A stretch of 64,000 bases of DNA from Patescibacteria group bacterium (GCA_041650715.1 JBAZKQ010000001.1:390945-454944), one strand, 5' to 3'; numbered from the stretch's first letter, positions 10,553-20,260 are shown. Notes: a model not told the origin generated them from the letters alone. A program made the numbers and translations.

Positions 10553-10574
10553 TTAAACCTATATTTATTATACT
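10546..10574 (+). promoter_or_regulatory. Predicted sigma70-type promoter of tRNA-Leu
   Basis: TTGACA (10546-10551), 17 nt, TATACT (10569-10574). The tRNA 5' end lies 19 nt downstream. Confidence 0.65.
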
Positions 10575-10592
10575 AAATTTTGTTAATATATA

Positions 10593-10676
10593 GCCGCGAT
10601 GGCGGAACTGGTAGACGCGCACGACTCAAAATCGTGTTGGGGCAACCTAGTGAGGGTTCGATTCCCTCTCGCGGCA
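10593..10676 (+). tRNA. tRNA-Leu (anticodon CAA), class II with long variable arm; CCA not encoded
   Basis: Acceptor stem GCCGCGA/TCGCGGC plus discriminator A; D-arm GCGGAACTGGTAGACGC; anticodon stem-loop CACGA-CTCAAAA-TCGTG; T-arm GAGGGTTCGATTCCCTC. Confidence 0.93.
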
Positions 10677-10681
10677 CAAAT

Positions 10682-10712
10682 AAAAACAGACCGAGGTTCG
10701 AGTCTGTTTTTT
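10682..10712. terminator. Intrinsic terminator after tRNA-Leu (also faces the convergent 118-aa gene)
   Basis: AAAAACAGAC-CGAGGTTCGA-GTCTGTTTTTT hairpin with flanking A- and T-runs. Confidence 0.75.
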
Positions 10713-10745
10713 ATTTTAGGATAGATTATTATTTCGCACGAATTA

Positions 10746-11102
10746 TTATTTGGCCTTCTTGAATCTTACGGTAAAAACCGGTTCATACTCAACTTTATTT
10801 TCATCGATAATTTTAACGGGTTCGCCGCTCGTCAGTTGCGTTAAGGCTAAGTCGCTCAGTAATTGATTATCTCCAGCAATGTTTAATTTCAAGCCTTCCA
10901 ATTTATCAAACTCTTCCTTAAAGTCGGACTGAACGGACGCTTCGATTTTTTTCTTTTTTAACTTAGCTGCTTCGAGTTCCTCAAGGGCCTGCTGGTACTC
11001 GCCGTTAACCGAAAGCGCATCGCGATATATGGTTTTTAAATCGCGCTGTTCCCTTTTTTTATCCTGGATTCTTTTAAATACATCGGGGAGTTGTTGAGAC
11101 AT
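10746..11102 (-). CDS. Hypothetical coiled-coil protein
   Basis: 118 aa, charged heptad-like sequence (EELEAAKLKKKKIEASVQSDFKEEFDKLE). No motif recognised. Confidence 0.55.
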   Translation of the reverse strand: MSQQLPDVFKRIQDKKREQRDLKTIYRDALSVNGEYQQALEELEAAKLKKKKIEASVQSDFKEEFDKLEGLKLNIAGDNQLLSDLALTQLTSGEPVKIIDENKVEYEPVFTVRFKKAK

Positions 11103-11164
11103 AATTTTAAACGAGAATTAATTTTTAAGACCAGACTATTATAGCACAAAAAAAATAATTCCGT

Positions 11165-12241
11165 TTATTTTATTATGCCTCCGCCCAAAACCTGTTTTTT
11201 TTGATAAAAAACTACGCTTTGCCCGGGCGTTACGGCGCGCTGCGGCGCTTTAAATTCAACGCTATACGCACTCTTGTTTTTCGGCTTAACTGTACATTTA
11301 ACGGCTTTATGGCCGTAACGGATAACCGCTTCGCAGTTTAAAGCGCGCTGGGGTGCGCGACCGCTTAGCCAATTTACATTTTTCGCTATTAAATTAGGCT
11401 GATAAAGAATATTCTCATTCCAGTTTTTAACGACATAAAGAATATTTTTCTGGTAATCAAATTTAGCCACATAATAAGGTCCAGTACCGCCAACAAGTCC
11501 GCGGCGCTGGCCGATTGTATATAGTGGTAGCCCCTGATGCTCACCAATTATTTCGCCGGTTTCCAGAACTTTAATATCACCGGGCACAAGGCGCAAATAT
11601 TTCTTTAAAAAATTATTATGATCGCCCGAAAGAAAGCAAATATCCTGGCTTTCCGCCTTACCCGCGACGATTAACTTATGTTTGGCCGCCATTTTCCTGA
11701 CTTGGGGCTTAATGAATCCGCCCAAGGGAAATAAAAGATGCTTTAATTCGTCCGGCTTAAAGGTATATAAAAAATACGATTGATCTTTATTTTTATCCTT
11801 AGCCTTGAATAATTGGTACTCACGCCCAACTTTTTTAATATTTAAATAATGACCTGTCGCAACATAATCATAACCGAGCGCGCGGGCATGCTTTAGAAGC
11901 AGGCCGATTTTAATTTTTCGATTGCAGACGACGCAGGGATTCGGTGTCCGCCCAGCCTCATATTCACTTAAAAAATTATCCACAACCGCTTTTTTAAAGG
12001 GGGCGGAAAAATTAAATGTAAAAAGCGGCATCCCGATTTTAGCCGCCACGGCTTTAGCATCCATTAGCGACTCTAAGGAACAGCAGCGATTTTCGTGAGT
12101 ATTACCGGCCGACTCATCTTTCCAGAAATGCAAAAAAACTCCGGACACATCATAGCCTTGGTTTTTTAATAATTGTGCCGCCACGCTGGAATCGACTCCG
12201 CCGGACATCGCCACTAATACTTTTTTCTTTTTTATGGCCAT
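11165..12241 (-). CDS. mnmA: tRNA-specific 2-thiouridylase MnmA
   Basis: PP-loop VLVAMSGGVDSSVAA, RTPNPCVVCNRKIK, DQSYFL. The ORF-track start (12247) is TTG; the ATG at 12241 (MAIKKKK) is preferred. Confidence 0.94.
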   Translation of the reverse strand: MAIKKKKVLVAMSGGVDSSVAAQLLKNQGYDVSGVFLHFWKDESAGNTHENRCCSLESLMDAKAVAAKIGMPLFTFNFSAPFKKAVVDNFLSEYEAGRTPNPCVVCNRKIKIGLLLKHARALGYDYVATGHYLNIKKVGREYQLFKAKDKNKDQSYFLYTFKPDELKHLLFPLGGFIKPQVRKMAAKHKLIVAGKAESQDICFLSGDHNNFLKKYLRLVPGDIKVLETGEIIGEHQGLPLYTIGQRRGLVGGTGPYYVAKFDYQKNILYVVKNWNENILYQPNLIAKNVNWLSGRAPQRALNCEAVIRYGHKAVKCTVKPKNKSAYSVEFKAPQRAVTPGQSVVFYQKKQVLGGGIIK

Positions 12242-12243
12242 AC

Positions 12244-13386
12244 TCAAATTTCGTGAAAAATTTTTAAATACTCAGCGGCTGTTTTTTCCCAAGTAAAGAG
12301 CTTTATTCTCTCGTCGGCGCGTTCCACTAATAGTTTCCGTAAAGCGGCATCGCTTAATATCAATTTTAAAGCCTCGCTAATTTCATCCGCTCGAAAAGGA
12401 TTGATGAGAAGAGCCGCGTCGCCGACGACTTCGGGCAAACTGGAAACATTGGAACAGATTACGGGTACGCCATAAGTCATAGCCTCGAGCGGCGGAAAAC
12501 CAAAGCCTTCATAGAATGAAGGGTAAACGAAGACGCCGGCTCGAGAATAGAGAATATCCTTTTCTGTTTGGCTAACATAGCCCAAGAAAACTATATCAGA
12601 CTGATAAACCGAGCGTTTCGCTTGCGCATAGATTTTTTTATTTTTCCAACCATTAGCGCCAGCTAAAACTAATTTTATGTCTTTAAATTCGTTATTCTCA
12701 GCGCGCAGTTTCTCGTAGGCGCTTATTAGGCCGCCAATATTCTTACGCGGTTCAATAGTGCCTAAATATAGAATAAATCCACTACTTAGGCCATGAGCAC
12801 GCAAATACGCTTCAAGCTCTTTAGTTTCCGGTTCTCTCTTAACAGCATTGTTTCCGGAATAAATTACTTTGATTTTTTCCGGTGCAAGGCCGACAAGTTC
12901 AATAATATCATTTTTTGTGTTTTCCGAAACGGCAATTATTTTATCGGCGCTTCGCAAAATATTTTTAACACCCAGAGCGCGATGCCAGAAATTTTTCCGC
13001 GCACTAAAAAATTCCGGATAGCGTAAAAAAGATAAATCGTGAACCGTAATTATTTTTTTTACACTTAGGCTTAGAGCACTAAAATTAAAATGCGGCGACC
13101 AAAATATGTCTACTCCGCCAAGCGCCTCGTCAATTTTCGGCCGCGCAAATATTTTCTGACAAAAATAATTAAAAATTTTATTCGGTATATGTCGCCCGAT
13201 AACTTTAGCGTTAGCTCTTTCCCAGGGCGCCAAGCGAGCATCAAGATTATCCCAGGAGTTATAAAACAACTTAAAGTCGTCAGTCGTATCAGCTTTAAGG
13301 ATGGCAGTTAATAAATTAGCGGTGTATTCCGACACACCGCTATAATTTTTATCCATTAAAACTCTGATATCGACACCTATTTTCAT
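12244..13386 (-). CDS. Glycosyltransferase family 4 (GT-B)
   Basis: C-terminal EGFGFPPLEAMTYGVPVICSNVSSLPEVVGDAA (E-x7-E region). TGA stop at 12244-12246. Confidence 0.85.
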   Translation of the reverse strand: MKIGVDIRVLMDKNYSGVSEYTANLLTAILKADTTDDFKLFYNSWDNLDARLAPWERANAKVIGRHIPNKIFNYFCQKIFARPKIDEALGGVDIFWSPHFNFSALSLSVKKIITVHDLSFLRYPEFFSARKNFWHRALGVKNILRSADKIIAVSENTKNDIIELVGLAPEKIKVIYSGNNAVKREPETKELEAYLRAHGLSSGFILYLGTIEPRKNIGGLISAYEKLRAENNEFKDIKLVLAGANGWKNKKIYAQAKRSVYQSDIVFLGYVSQTEKDILYSRAGVFVYPSFYEGFGFPPLEAMTYGVPVICSNVSSLPEVVGDAALLINPFRADEISEALKLILSDAALRKLLVERADERIKLFTWEKTAAEYLKIFHEI

Positions 13387-14501
13387 ACATTATTTTTATG
13401 AGTCTCGATAAAGTCGGTAATTTGTGAATTAAAGTTTGCCACGGAAAACTTCTCGGCGTGCGCCCTTATCTCCTGCGGTTCGAAATTAATATCTTTGAAT
13501 TTACGTAAAACTGCAATCAGAGAATCAGCTGTTTGTTCCTCGAAAAAGAGACCAGTCTTCCCTTCAATAACGGTTTCCGTGGCACCGCCGCGACGATAAG
13601 CGATAACCGGCCGGCCGCTCGCCATTGACTCGACGACCGTAATGCCAAAATCTTCTTCCTGCGGATTGATAAAGGCTTGAGCCCCCTGGAATAGCTTAGC
13701 TTTCTCTTCCTCGCTCACTCGGCCCAAAAATTCAATATTAGTCGTATCTTTAGCTAGCATTTTTAATCTTTCCAGGTCAACGCCGTCGCCAAAAATTTTT
13801 AATTTATAGTCCCCGCCAATTTTTTTAAATGCTTCAACAACTAAATCAACTCTTTTATAGGGAGCCAAACGGCAGCCCGCCAAAAAATATTTGTCAGCCT
13901 CCGATAGTTTGCTCAAATCTTTAATACTAAATTTTTCCGTTTCGACCGGTGGATAAATAACCGTCGAAGTTCGGCGATAATATTTCGCAATTCTTTGTTT
14001 AACGGTAACGGAATTCGCGATAAAAACATCAACCCGGTCGGCTGCTAAGCGATCCCAAAGACGAATTCGGTTCAAGATTAATGAAATAATCTTCTTTAAC
14101 CATTTATTGTATTTCAATTCATTTATATATTGATGCGTATCACTCCACAAATAACGTGTTGGGGTATGGCAATAGCAGATGTGAAGGCAATCCGGCTTAG
14201 TGATTACGCCCTTAGCGAATGAGCTCGTATCGGAGATAACCAAATCATAGCCCGACAAATCAAAAAATTCCACGGCCATCGGCATGAAAAAAAGATACCA
14301 TTGATAATGTTTGACGCCGCCGGGTAATTTTTGGATAATCGAAGTTTCGATGTGGCGATCTTTAAAATATTTGGTAACGTTTTTATCCTCGTATAATAAA
14401 GTATATATCGGCGCATCGGGAAACATATCGGAAAAAACTTTAAGAACTTTTTCCGCTCCTCCGTCTTGAGCCAAATGATCGTGAATTAAGGCTACTTTCA
14501 T
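13383..14501 (-). CDS. Glycosyltransferase family 4 (GT-B)
   Basis: EDFGITVVESMASGRPVIAYRRGGATETV. ATGA start/stop overlap with the downstream GT4 (13383-13386). Confidence 0.85.
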   Translation of the reverse strand: MKVALIHDHLAQDGGAEKVLKVFSDMFPDAPIYTLLYEDKNVTKYFKDRHIETSIIQKLPGGVKHYQWYLFFMPMAVEFFDLSGYDLVISDTSSFAKGVITKPDCLHICYCHTPTRYLWSDTHQYINELKYNKWLKKIISLILNRIRLWDRLAADRVDVFIANSVTVKQRIAKYYRRTSTVIYPPVETEKFSIKDLSKLSEADKYFLAGCRLAPYKRVDLVVEAFKKIGGDYKLKIFGDGVDLERLKMLAKDTTNIEFLGRVSEEEKAKLFQGAQAFINPQEEDFGITVVESMASGRPVIAYRRGGATETVIEGKTGLFFEEQTADSLIAVLRKFKDINFEPQEIRAHAEKFSVANFNSQITDFIETHKNNV

Positions 14502-14507
14502 GTTTTT

Positions 14508-15923
14508 TTATTCTGCCTGGCGATGTTTAAAAACCGCAAAAGGCGTTTTAAATAAGATGGAAATATCAAATAAGAGCGACCAGTTTTCAATATAATAGAT
14601 ATCCAATTTCGCTTCTTCTTCGAATAATAAATCACTGCGTCCGGAAACTTGAGCCAAACCGGTGATGCCCGGTCTAATAGTCAAGGTCTTGCGATGATAA
14701 TTTTCATATTTAGCGACCTCTTCCGGCAAGTGGGGACGCGGACCAACCAGACTCATGCGGCCCATAAAAACTAAAAATAATTCCGGAAGTTCATCGATAG
14801 ACCAGCGGCGAATCAAGCGACCGACGCGAGTGACGCGCGGATCATCTTTAATTTTAACCAGTGGCCCCTCGTTGCGAAGATTACGATCGGCTAACTCGTT
14901 ATAGCGCATGCTGTCCGAATTCGGAACCATCGAACGAAATTTAAAATAACGAAATGTCGCGCCTCCTTCGCCGACACGATAAACCGGATTACCATCGTCC
15001 CGACGTGAAAAGAAAATCGGACCGCGTGAATCGAGCGTAATCGCGAGCATTGTTAAAAGAATAAGCGGCGATAAAATAATAATTAATATGCTCGAACCGA
15101 CGAGATCAAAAATTCTTTTAAACACTCGGCCCCAGCCCTCAAGCGTCGTGCGCTTAACTTCAACTACGGGGATACCGATAATTTCGGCAACTTCCGTCCG
15201 TAAAACTTTGACTTCAAGCAAATCGGCAACGTAACGGAAAGTAATATGATTTTCATTAGTAAAATCATAGAGACGCAGGGTTTCGGCTTTAGTGATATTA
15301 GGATCGCTTTGAATAATTTCATCAACCTCCCGGCCGGAAATAAATTCCGCCATCTCCTGAGCCGTTTCCAAAGAAAAATCGCGAACGCGTTTAATGACTT
15401 CGTAACCCGCCTTTTTATTGCTGGAAAATTCGGTAATTAAATTGTCAGTCGTATTGGAATTGCCGACTAAAACGACCTTATGAACGCCGACGCCATATAA
15501 ATAAAGTCTTCTCTGGAGCCAGCGGATAAAAGCGTGAGCGATACTTAAATATAAAAAAGCAAAAACCGAGCCCATTAAAACAATAAAACGGGAATCAAAT
15601 AATTCACGTTTAAAAAAGATAATAATAGCAATAAGAGCAAGCCCGGCCGCGCAGGCAAAGAAAATTTTAATTATTTCCTGGGCAAGTTTACGGGCACTGC
15701 GGATGCTATAAACGCCGGCGATGGCCAAAATAATCATCCATAAAACCGTGATTACGGCCAGCGATCGGAGATAAGAAGAAAACTCGAGATTAAAAATGAT
15801 CGGCCGGATATTTGCGGACCAGGTTGAGAATCTTAAATAGTAGGCGGAGAGTCCGGCTAGAATTAATAAGACAAAATCAACCGGGATAAACAGGGTCGAA
15901 AAGAAAGTTTCAATTTTTTTCAT
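14508..15923 (-). CDS. Polyprenyl-phosphate sugar-1-phosphate transferase (WbaP/bacterial sugar transferase family)
   Basis: 471 aa with N-terminal TM bundle. C-terminal catalytic block DELPELFLVFMGRMSLVGPRP ... RPGITGLAQVSGRSDL. Confidence 0.9.
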   Translation of the reverse strand: MKKIETFFSTLFIPVDFVLLILAGLSAYYLRFSTWSANIRPIIFNLEFSSYLRSLAVITVLWMIILAIAGVYSIRSARKLAQEIIKIFFACAAGLALIAIIIFFKRELFDSRFIVLMGSVFAFLYLSIAHAFIRWLQRRLYLYGVGVHKVVLVGNSNTTDNLITEFSSNKKAGYEVIKRVRDFSLETAQEMAEFISGREVDEIIQSDPNITKAETLRLYDFTNENHITFRYVADLLEVKVLRTEVAEIIGIPVVEVKRTTLEGWGRVFKRIFDLVGSSILIIILSPLILLTMLAITLDSRGPIFFSRRDDGNPVYRVGEGGATFRYFKFRSMVPNSDSMRYNELADRNLRNEGPLVKIKDDPRVTRVGRLIRRWSIDELPELFLVFMGRMSLVGPRPHLPEEVAKYENYHRKTLTIRPGITGLAQVSGRSDLLFEEEAKLDIYYIENWSLLFDISILFKTPFAVFKHRQAE

Positions 15924-15947
15924 ATATTAATTAATAGAATACATTTG

Positions 15948-16349
15948 TTATTAGGGCAGCCGTAAGCCGGATTCTGTTCTAGCAATCATTTATCTTGGCT
16001 TATTATTGCTAATAAGCTCATGCGAGCCACTTGTCATTTTACCCCGAAGGATAAAAGTTTGCTCTTGCTTCTGATAGGGTTTACCACGGCATCTCCGTCA
16101 CCGGAGGCCGATGCCGGCAGCTTCTTACGAAACACCCAGCATCTTTTCACCTTTGATTCTGTCAATAAATTCCAGAATTAGTATTGTCTCTGTGGCACTT
16201 TCCCTAAAGCGCTTAATCAAACGACTAAACACCTCGGTGGACGTTATCCACTATCGTTTGCGCCTGTAAACAGGCGCTGAAGTCCGGACTTTCCTCTCCT
16301 TATATATAGTAAACTATAAAAAAGAGCGATTGCCCGCTTACCCTAATAA
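15948..16349 (-). ncRNA. rnpB: RNase P RNA, bacterial type A
   Basis: Reverse complement contains GGAGAGGAAAGUCCGGACUUC (P4 5' strand), GGGAAAGUGCCACAGAGACAA, GUGGUAAACCCUAUCAGAAGCAAGAGC and ACAGAAUCCGGCUUACGGCUGCCCUAAUAA (P4 3' strand). The terminal P1 pairing is UUAUUAGGG (16349-16341) with CCCUAAUAA (15956-15948). Length about 402 nt; lies in a 490-nt ORF-free gap. Confidence 0.9.
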
Positions 16350-16356
16350 CAATTAC

Positions 16357-16385
16357 ACAATACAAGAAAACGGGAAATAAATCAA
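16357..16385 (-). promoter_or_regulatory. Predicted promoter of rnpB
   Basis: Minus strand TTGATT-17 nt-TATTGT, with the -10 ending 7 nt before the first P1 nucleotide. Confidence 0.5.
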
Positions 16386-16387
16386 GT

Positions 16388-16415
16388 AAAAAGCCACCGC
16401 TTGGTGGCTTTTTTT
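16388..16415 (-). terminator. Intrinsic terminator after the 1279-aa surface protein gene
   Basis: AAAAAGCCACC-GCTT-GGTGGCTTTTTTT: 8-bp stem immediately after the stop at 16417. Confidence 0.85.
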
Positions 16416-16416
16416 A

Positions 16417-19400
16417 CTAATTATTAGCGAATATTTCCTGAATTTGCGCGCCGCTTAGCGCCCCTTCCCAAACCCCGATATCGTCAATATCAGAGCTACC
16501 GTTTTCGGAAACGATAGTAAGCATATTGGGATAGCTTCGATTGGGCGGCCAGATATAGTCAAATTGGTCTTCTAATACTCCATCGATATAGAAGCTTAAA
16601 TGATTACGATAAGAATTGTAGACGAGGGCTAAGTCGTGCCAAAGCGTGTCTTTGGGCACTCCCGAATTTTGCTCGGGATAAAATAGGCCCTCATGATTAT
16701 TAAAATTAAAGCCAGAAGAAAATTGACTCGGCACGAGCCCAAAAAGATTTTCGGCGCTCTCATTGCCTAATGAAATTCGCATACGGTTGCCCAGATAACT
16801 ATCCGGACTCCGCCATTTAAAAGTTAAAGATAAATCGGGATATTCTAAGACCGGAAATTTAACATGCAAATCCCTTCCCCAATTAATAATCGAGGCGCTA
16901 TTATTTAGGCTTAGTGCGCGCCAACTATCTTTAGCAACCGCCAGATCGGAATTTCCCGCCTGATCAGCGCTTACTTCGCCGATACCTTCATTAAAATTCC
17001 AAAAATGTTTAATTTTTGCCGGCTCTTGCGGCTCTAAATAATTAAGCGGCGAAAAAGGTTCTTCACTCTCATATATTTCCCGAATTTCTTCTGGGCTTAG
17101 CGCGCGCCGCCATAAAGCCAGCTCATCAACCGCATATGGTCCATTATCACCCGCCAATTCTAATAAATTCATCGGCGCAAGCATTTGATAGGAATTAATG
17201 TGAAATACTTCTTCACCATTAATATAGAGCGCCCAATAGCCTTCATTGCGATTTACGACCAGGGTTGCCTGCCGCCAATTATTATCAAAGGGGAAATTTT
17301 GATAATAACGCCAATCCGGATTAGGCAGTCCGCTAAACTGCATCAAGCCATTTTCCAGCGTCATATTTATCGAATCTCCGTCATTATTTGCCATGGTAAA
17401 ACTTATACGCGGATAATTTAAAGTTGCTTTAAACCAAAAGCTCGCAGAAAAATTATTTATATCCATCGCTTCGTTTAAAGACCCGGTAATTTTTCCATAA
17501 TCAAATCCCGCCTCTTTGGCACAACGAAATTTACCGGCCAACCAGCGATCGCTCACACTTAAAGTCGATTCACTTAAATGGCTCACAGTCGATGTGCCCC
17601 CGCATTCATCAAAATGCCAAAGATAGGCCAAGCCGGTACTCTCAATCGGTTCCGGCTCGGGAAATAAATCAGCATCGGCGCTTGAAAAATCATAAATCAA
17701 AGTGGAAGAACTATTCGTGTTGCCCACCAGTGACCAATTTATACTTGGATCGTCAGAAGGAATTAATGTGAAATCCAAATTATTATTGCCGCTCGCCGCG
17801 AGTCGTTTTAGAACATAATTATTCGTCATCGCCAGCGCCGGTCCGGTTCCCTGCCAATATTTGGCGTCAGACCCAAAGCCGAGAGTATCAATAATATCTA
17901 AATCTGCGTTACTACTAATTGCCCCGGTTCCCAGATATAAAGTATAGCCGGAATCAAACCAAGAAAATTCCGATCGTGTGGCAATAGCATCGGCTTGATT
18001 TTTATAATAATCACCCGCGTCGTCGCGCACTATCAAATATGTACCATGCGCCGGAATAAGCGTTCCGCCCGGGTAGATGCCATCCAAGGGATCGCCGATG
18101 CGCATCACTAAAACCGGATCAAGAGCGGTTTTAGTTTTTTCCAAACGAAAACCGCTAACCGCCAAATCAACGGGAAAATCGTTAGGGTTATATAGTTCAA
18201 CCCAATCATCGAGACTGGTGCTGTAAATTTTACTGATTAATATAGAAATAATTTCTTCAGTTTCTTCGGTGCTTGTAGCCGTATTTTCTGAATTTTCAGT
18301 ATTATCATCGTCGTCATCCGTATTATCGCCATTATTATCTTCATCGCCACTATCATTCTCAGCTGCCGCCCAATCAATACCGGGGTCGTCCGCCTTAATT
18401 AGATTAAAATCAATTTTATTATCCGCCTGGCTTTTAACGCGGCTTAGTACATAATAATCATCAATTAATTGGGCCGGGGCACTTCCTTGAAAATAAGTGG
18501 CGTCGGGACCAAAACCGACAGCCTCAACAATATCAGCGTCTATATTTGAACTAATTGCCCCCGTGCCTAAATATATCGTGTAGCCCGAACCGGTCCAGGA
18601 AAAATCATCCCGCGTCGCAATTGCGTCCGCTTTATTTAAATAATAAGCGTTCGCGGTATTTTTAACGATTAAATAATGGCTACGCGCCTTAATAACAGTT
18701 CCGCCGGGAAATGTCCCGTCATCGGAGTTGCCGATTCTAAATATTATTGACGGATCGGCCGCCGTCTTCGCCCGTTCTAAGCGGTAACCAGCTTCAGCTA
18801 AATCAAAATCGAAATCGCCAGGATTATATAATTCTATCCAGTCATTATCGCCGGTGCTATAAATTTTATTTATCGTTGCAATTTTGGGCGTATTATCAGG
18901 GGCTGTCGTCTCGGTATTATTATTCCCAGTAGTAATATTTATCGCGGGCGCACTCACCGGATAATAATAAACTGCCGGTGCAGTCGTGTTTTGAGCGACC
19001 TGTTCGGAAACAGAGGCTGTTTTTACGGTCGTCGAGGTATTTGCCGACGAATTTGTTTTGCTCACCGTACTCGCGTTTTTAGCAACAGACGCCGTGTTGG
19101 TCGCAGTCGCTTTATTGATATTTACATAAGCTGTTTCTGTTTCTGTTTTTGTTTCTGTTTCTGTTTTTGACTTTGTTGCGCCAGATTTGTCGGTGGCGGT
19201 CTTCGTTCCAGACCCTACTGCTTTATTTATTATGGCCCCAGTTTTAATTTCGGTATTCGTCGCCGCTATTTCCGACGTCGCATCATTTAAAACCAGCTCC
19301 GTTTCATCCCATGAACCACTGGCACCGCTCGAACCGAATATTTTTGACTTTAAACTTAGCAAAACATTAATCGCTTTTTCTTTAATTATATTAACCGAGG

Positions 19401-20256
19401 ACTCAGGATTATTAATAAGACTCCAGCGCAATACTAAGGCGGGCGCATTTACCGGGCCCCTGACATCAGTACCGGAAAAGGACGAAGCCAGAGGAATGTC
19501 AGTCGTTACCGCGCTTAAAGTCGCTTGCAAAAATTGCGTATAGGGAACAAATATATAACGCTCACCATTTTTTTCCAAACCCACATCGTAACCGATTAAT
19601 TCCGGCGCAGGGATTAACATGTCGGTGCGGCGGGCGATTTTAGAAAATTCTAAATCGCGCGAAAAACAATCACCCTTATCGTTAGCGATACTATAATTGT
19701 CATAACCGTCCGGTGTAATATTTATGGCATAATAACTTGAATTATACTCAATAGCCGCTAAATTATTGGGGTTGGAAATATTGGCACTTTCGTATAATTT
19801 TTCCGTTAAGCCGACACAGGTCCATTCGCCGGAATTAGGCCCTTTTTGTTTTTTAAAGTCGAAATCATAAGCCAAATTTTTTCCAACTAAGCTTTTCGCG
19901 AGCGCTACTACTTTTGCCTGTTGTATGGCGGTCAAATTAATTGGAATTTTGGCCCCCAAATATTTTTCCCCTTCCGCCAGGTTTACGAATTGACTCGCCG
20001 GTGTTTTAACTATACCGCTTGATAGCGCTTCGACGACGTAATCAATACCGTTTTCCGCACCAATATAGATTCCGGCGTGACCCGAATATATACTTTTTAC
20101 TATTCCCTTTTCCGTATAAATAAGCGGATCGCCGCTATAGCCATACATTTTTCCTTCACCCGAGGTGCGATAGACTAAAGAGCCGGGCGGCATCGCCCGA
20201 CAAAGAGCCGGAAATAATATTAAACTTAAGAACGAGATAATAAATATTTTTTTCAT
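16417..20256 (-). CDS. Giant secreted multidomain protein: permuted papain-like (YiiX/NlpC-P60-type) amidase domain, two lamin-tail (LTD) domains and two LamG/concanavalin-like domains
   Basis: Signal peptide MKKIFIISFLSLILFPALCRA. SGHAGIYIG...VVEALSSGIVKT then EWTCVGLTEKLYE (His before Cys, permuted NlpC/P60). LTD motifs IYSTGDNDWIELYNPGDFDFDLAEAGYRLE and IYSTSLDDWVELYNPNDFPVDLAVSGFRLE. LamG_3-type endings VDELALWRRALSPEEIREIY and IDDIGVWEGALSGAQIQEIF. Acidic linker DSGDEDNNGDNTDDDDDNTENSEN. Confidence 0.7.
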   Translation of the reverse strand: MKKIFIISFLSLILFPALCRAMPPGSLVYRTSGEGKMYGYSGDPLIYTEKGIVKSIYSGHAGIYIGAENGIDYVVEALSSGIVKTPASQFVNLAEGEKYLGAKIPINLTAIQQAKVVALAKSLVGKNLAYDFDFKKQKGPNSGEWTCVGLTEKLYESANISNPNNLAAIEYNSSYYAINITPDGYDNYSIANDKGDCFSRDLEFSKIARRTDMLIPAPELIGYDVGLEKNGERYIFVPYTQFLQATLSAVTTDIPLASSFSGTDVRGPVNAPALVLRWSLINNPESSVNIIKEKAINVLLSLKSKIFGSSGASGSWDETELVLNDATSEIAATNTEIKTGAIINKAVGSGTKTATDKSGATKSKTETETKTETETAYVNINKATATNTASVAKNASTVSKTNSSANTSTTVKTASVSEQVAQNTTAPAVYYYPVSAPAINITTGNNNTETTAPDNTPKIATINKIYSTGDNDWIELYNPGDFDFDLAEAGYRLERAKTAADPSIIFRIGNSDDGTFPGGTVIKARSHYLIVKNTANAYYLNKADAIATRDDFSWTGSGYTIYLGTGAISSNIDADIVEAVGFGPDATYFQGSAPAQLIDDYYVLSRVKSQADNKIDFNLIKADDPGIDWAAAENDSGDEDNNGDNTDDDDDNTENSENTATSTEETEEIISILISKIYSTSLDDWVELYNPNDFPVDLAVSGFRLEKTKTALDPVLVMRIGDPLDGIYPGGTLIPAHGTYLIVRDDAGDYYKNQADAIATRSEFSWFDSGYTLYLGTGAISSNADLDIIDTLGFGSDAKYWQGTGPALAMTNNYVLKRLAASGNNNLDFTLIPSDDPSINWSLVGNTNSSSTLIYDFSSADADLFPEPEPIESTGLAYLWHFDECGGTSTVSHLSESTLSVSDRWLAGKFRCAKEAGFDYGKITGSLNEAMDINNFSASFWFKATLNYPRISFTMANNDGDSINMTLENGLMQFSGLPNPDWRYYQNFPFDNNWRQATLVVNRNEGYWALYINGEEVFHINSYQMLAPMNLLELAGDNGPYAVDELALWRRALSPEEIREIYESEEPFSPLNYLEPQEPAKIKHFWNFNEGIGEVSADQAGNSDLAVAKDSWRALSLNNSASIINWGRDLHVKFPVLEYPDLSLTFKWRSPDSYLGNRMRISLGNESAENLFGLVPSQFSSGFNFNNHEGLFYPEQNSGVPKDTLWHDLALVYNSYRNHLSFYIDGVLEDQFDYIWPPNRSYPNMLTIVSENGSSDIDDIGVWEGALSGAQIQEIFANN

Positions 20257-20260
20257 ATAA

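Noticed and set aside
10506-10622. N-terminal 39-aa extension of ParA in the ORF track
   Set aside because: The extension overlaps the tRNA-Leu gene and both predicted promoters. The conserved ParA sequence begins at the internal ATG (10505).
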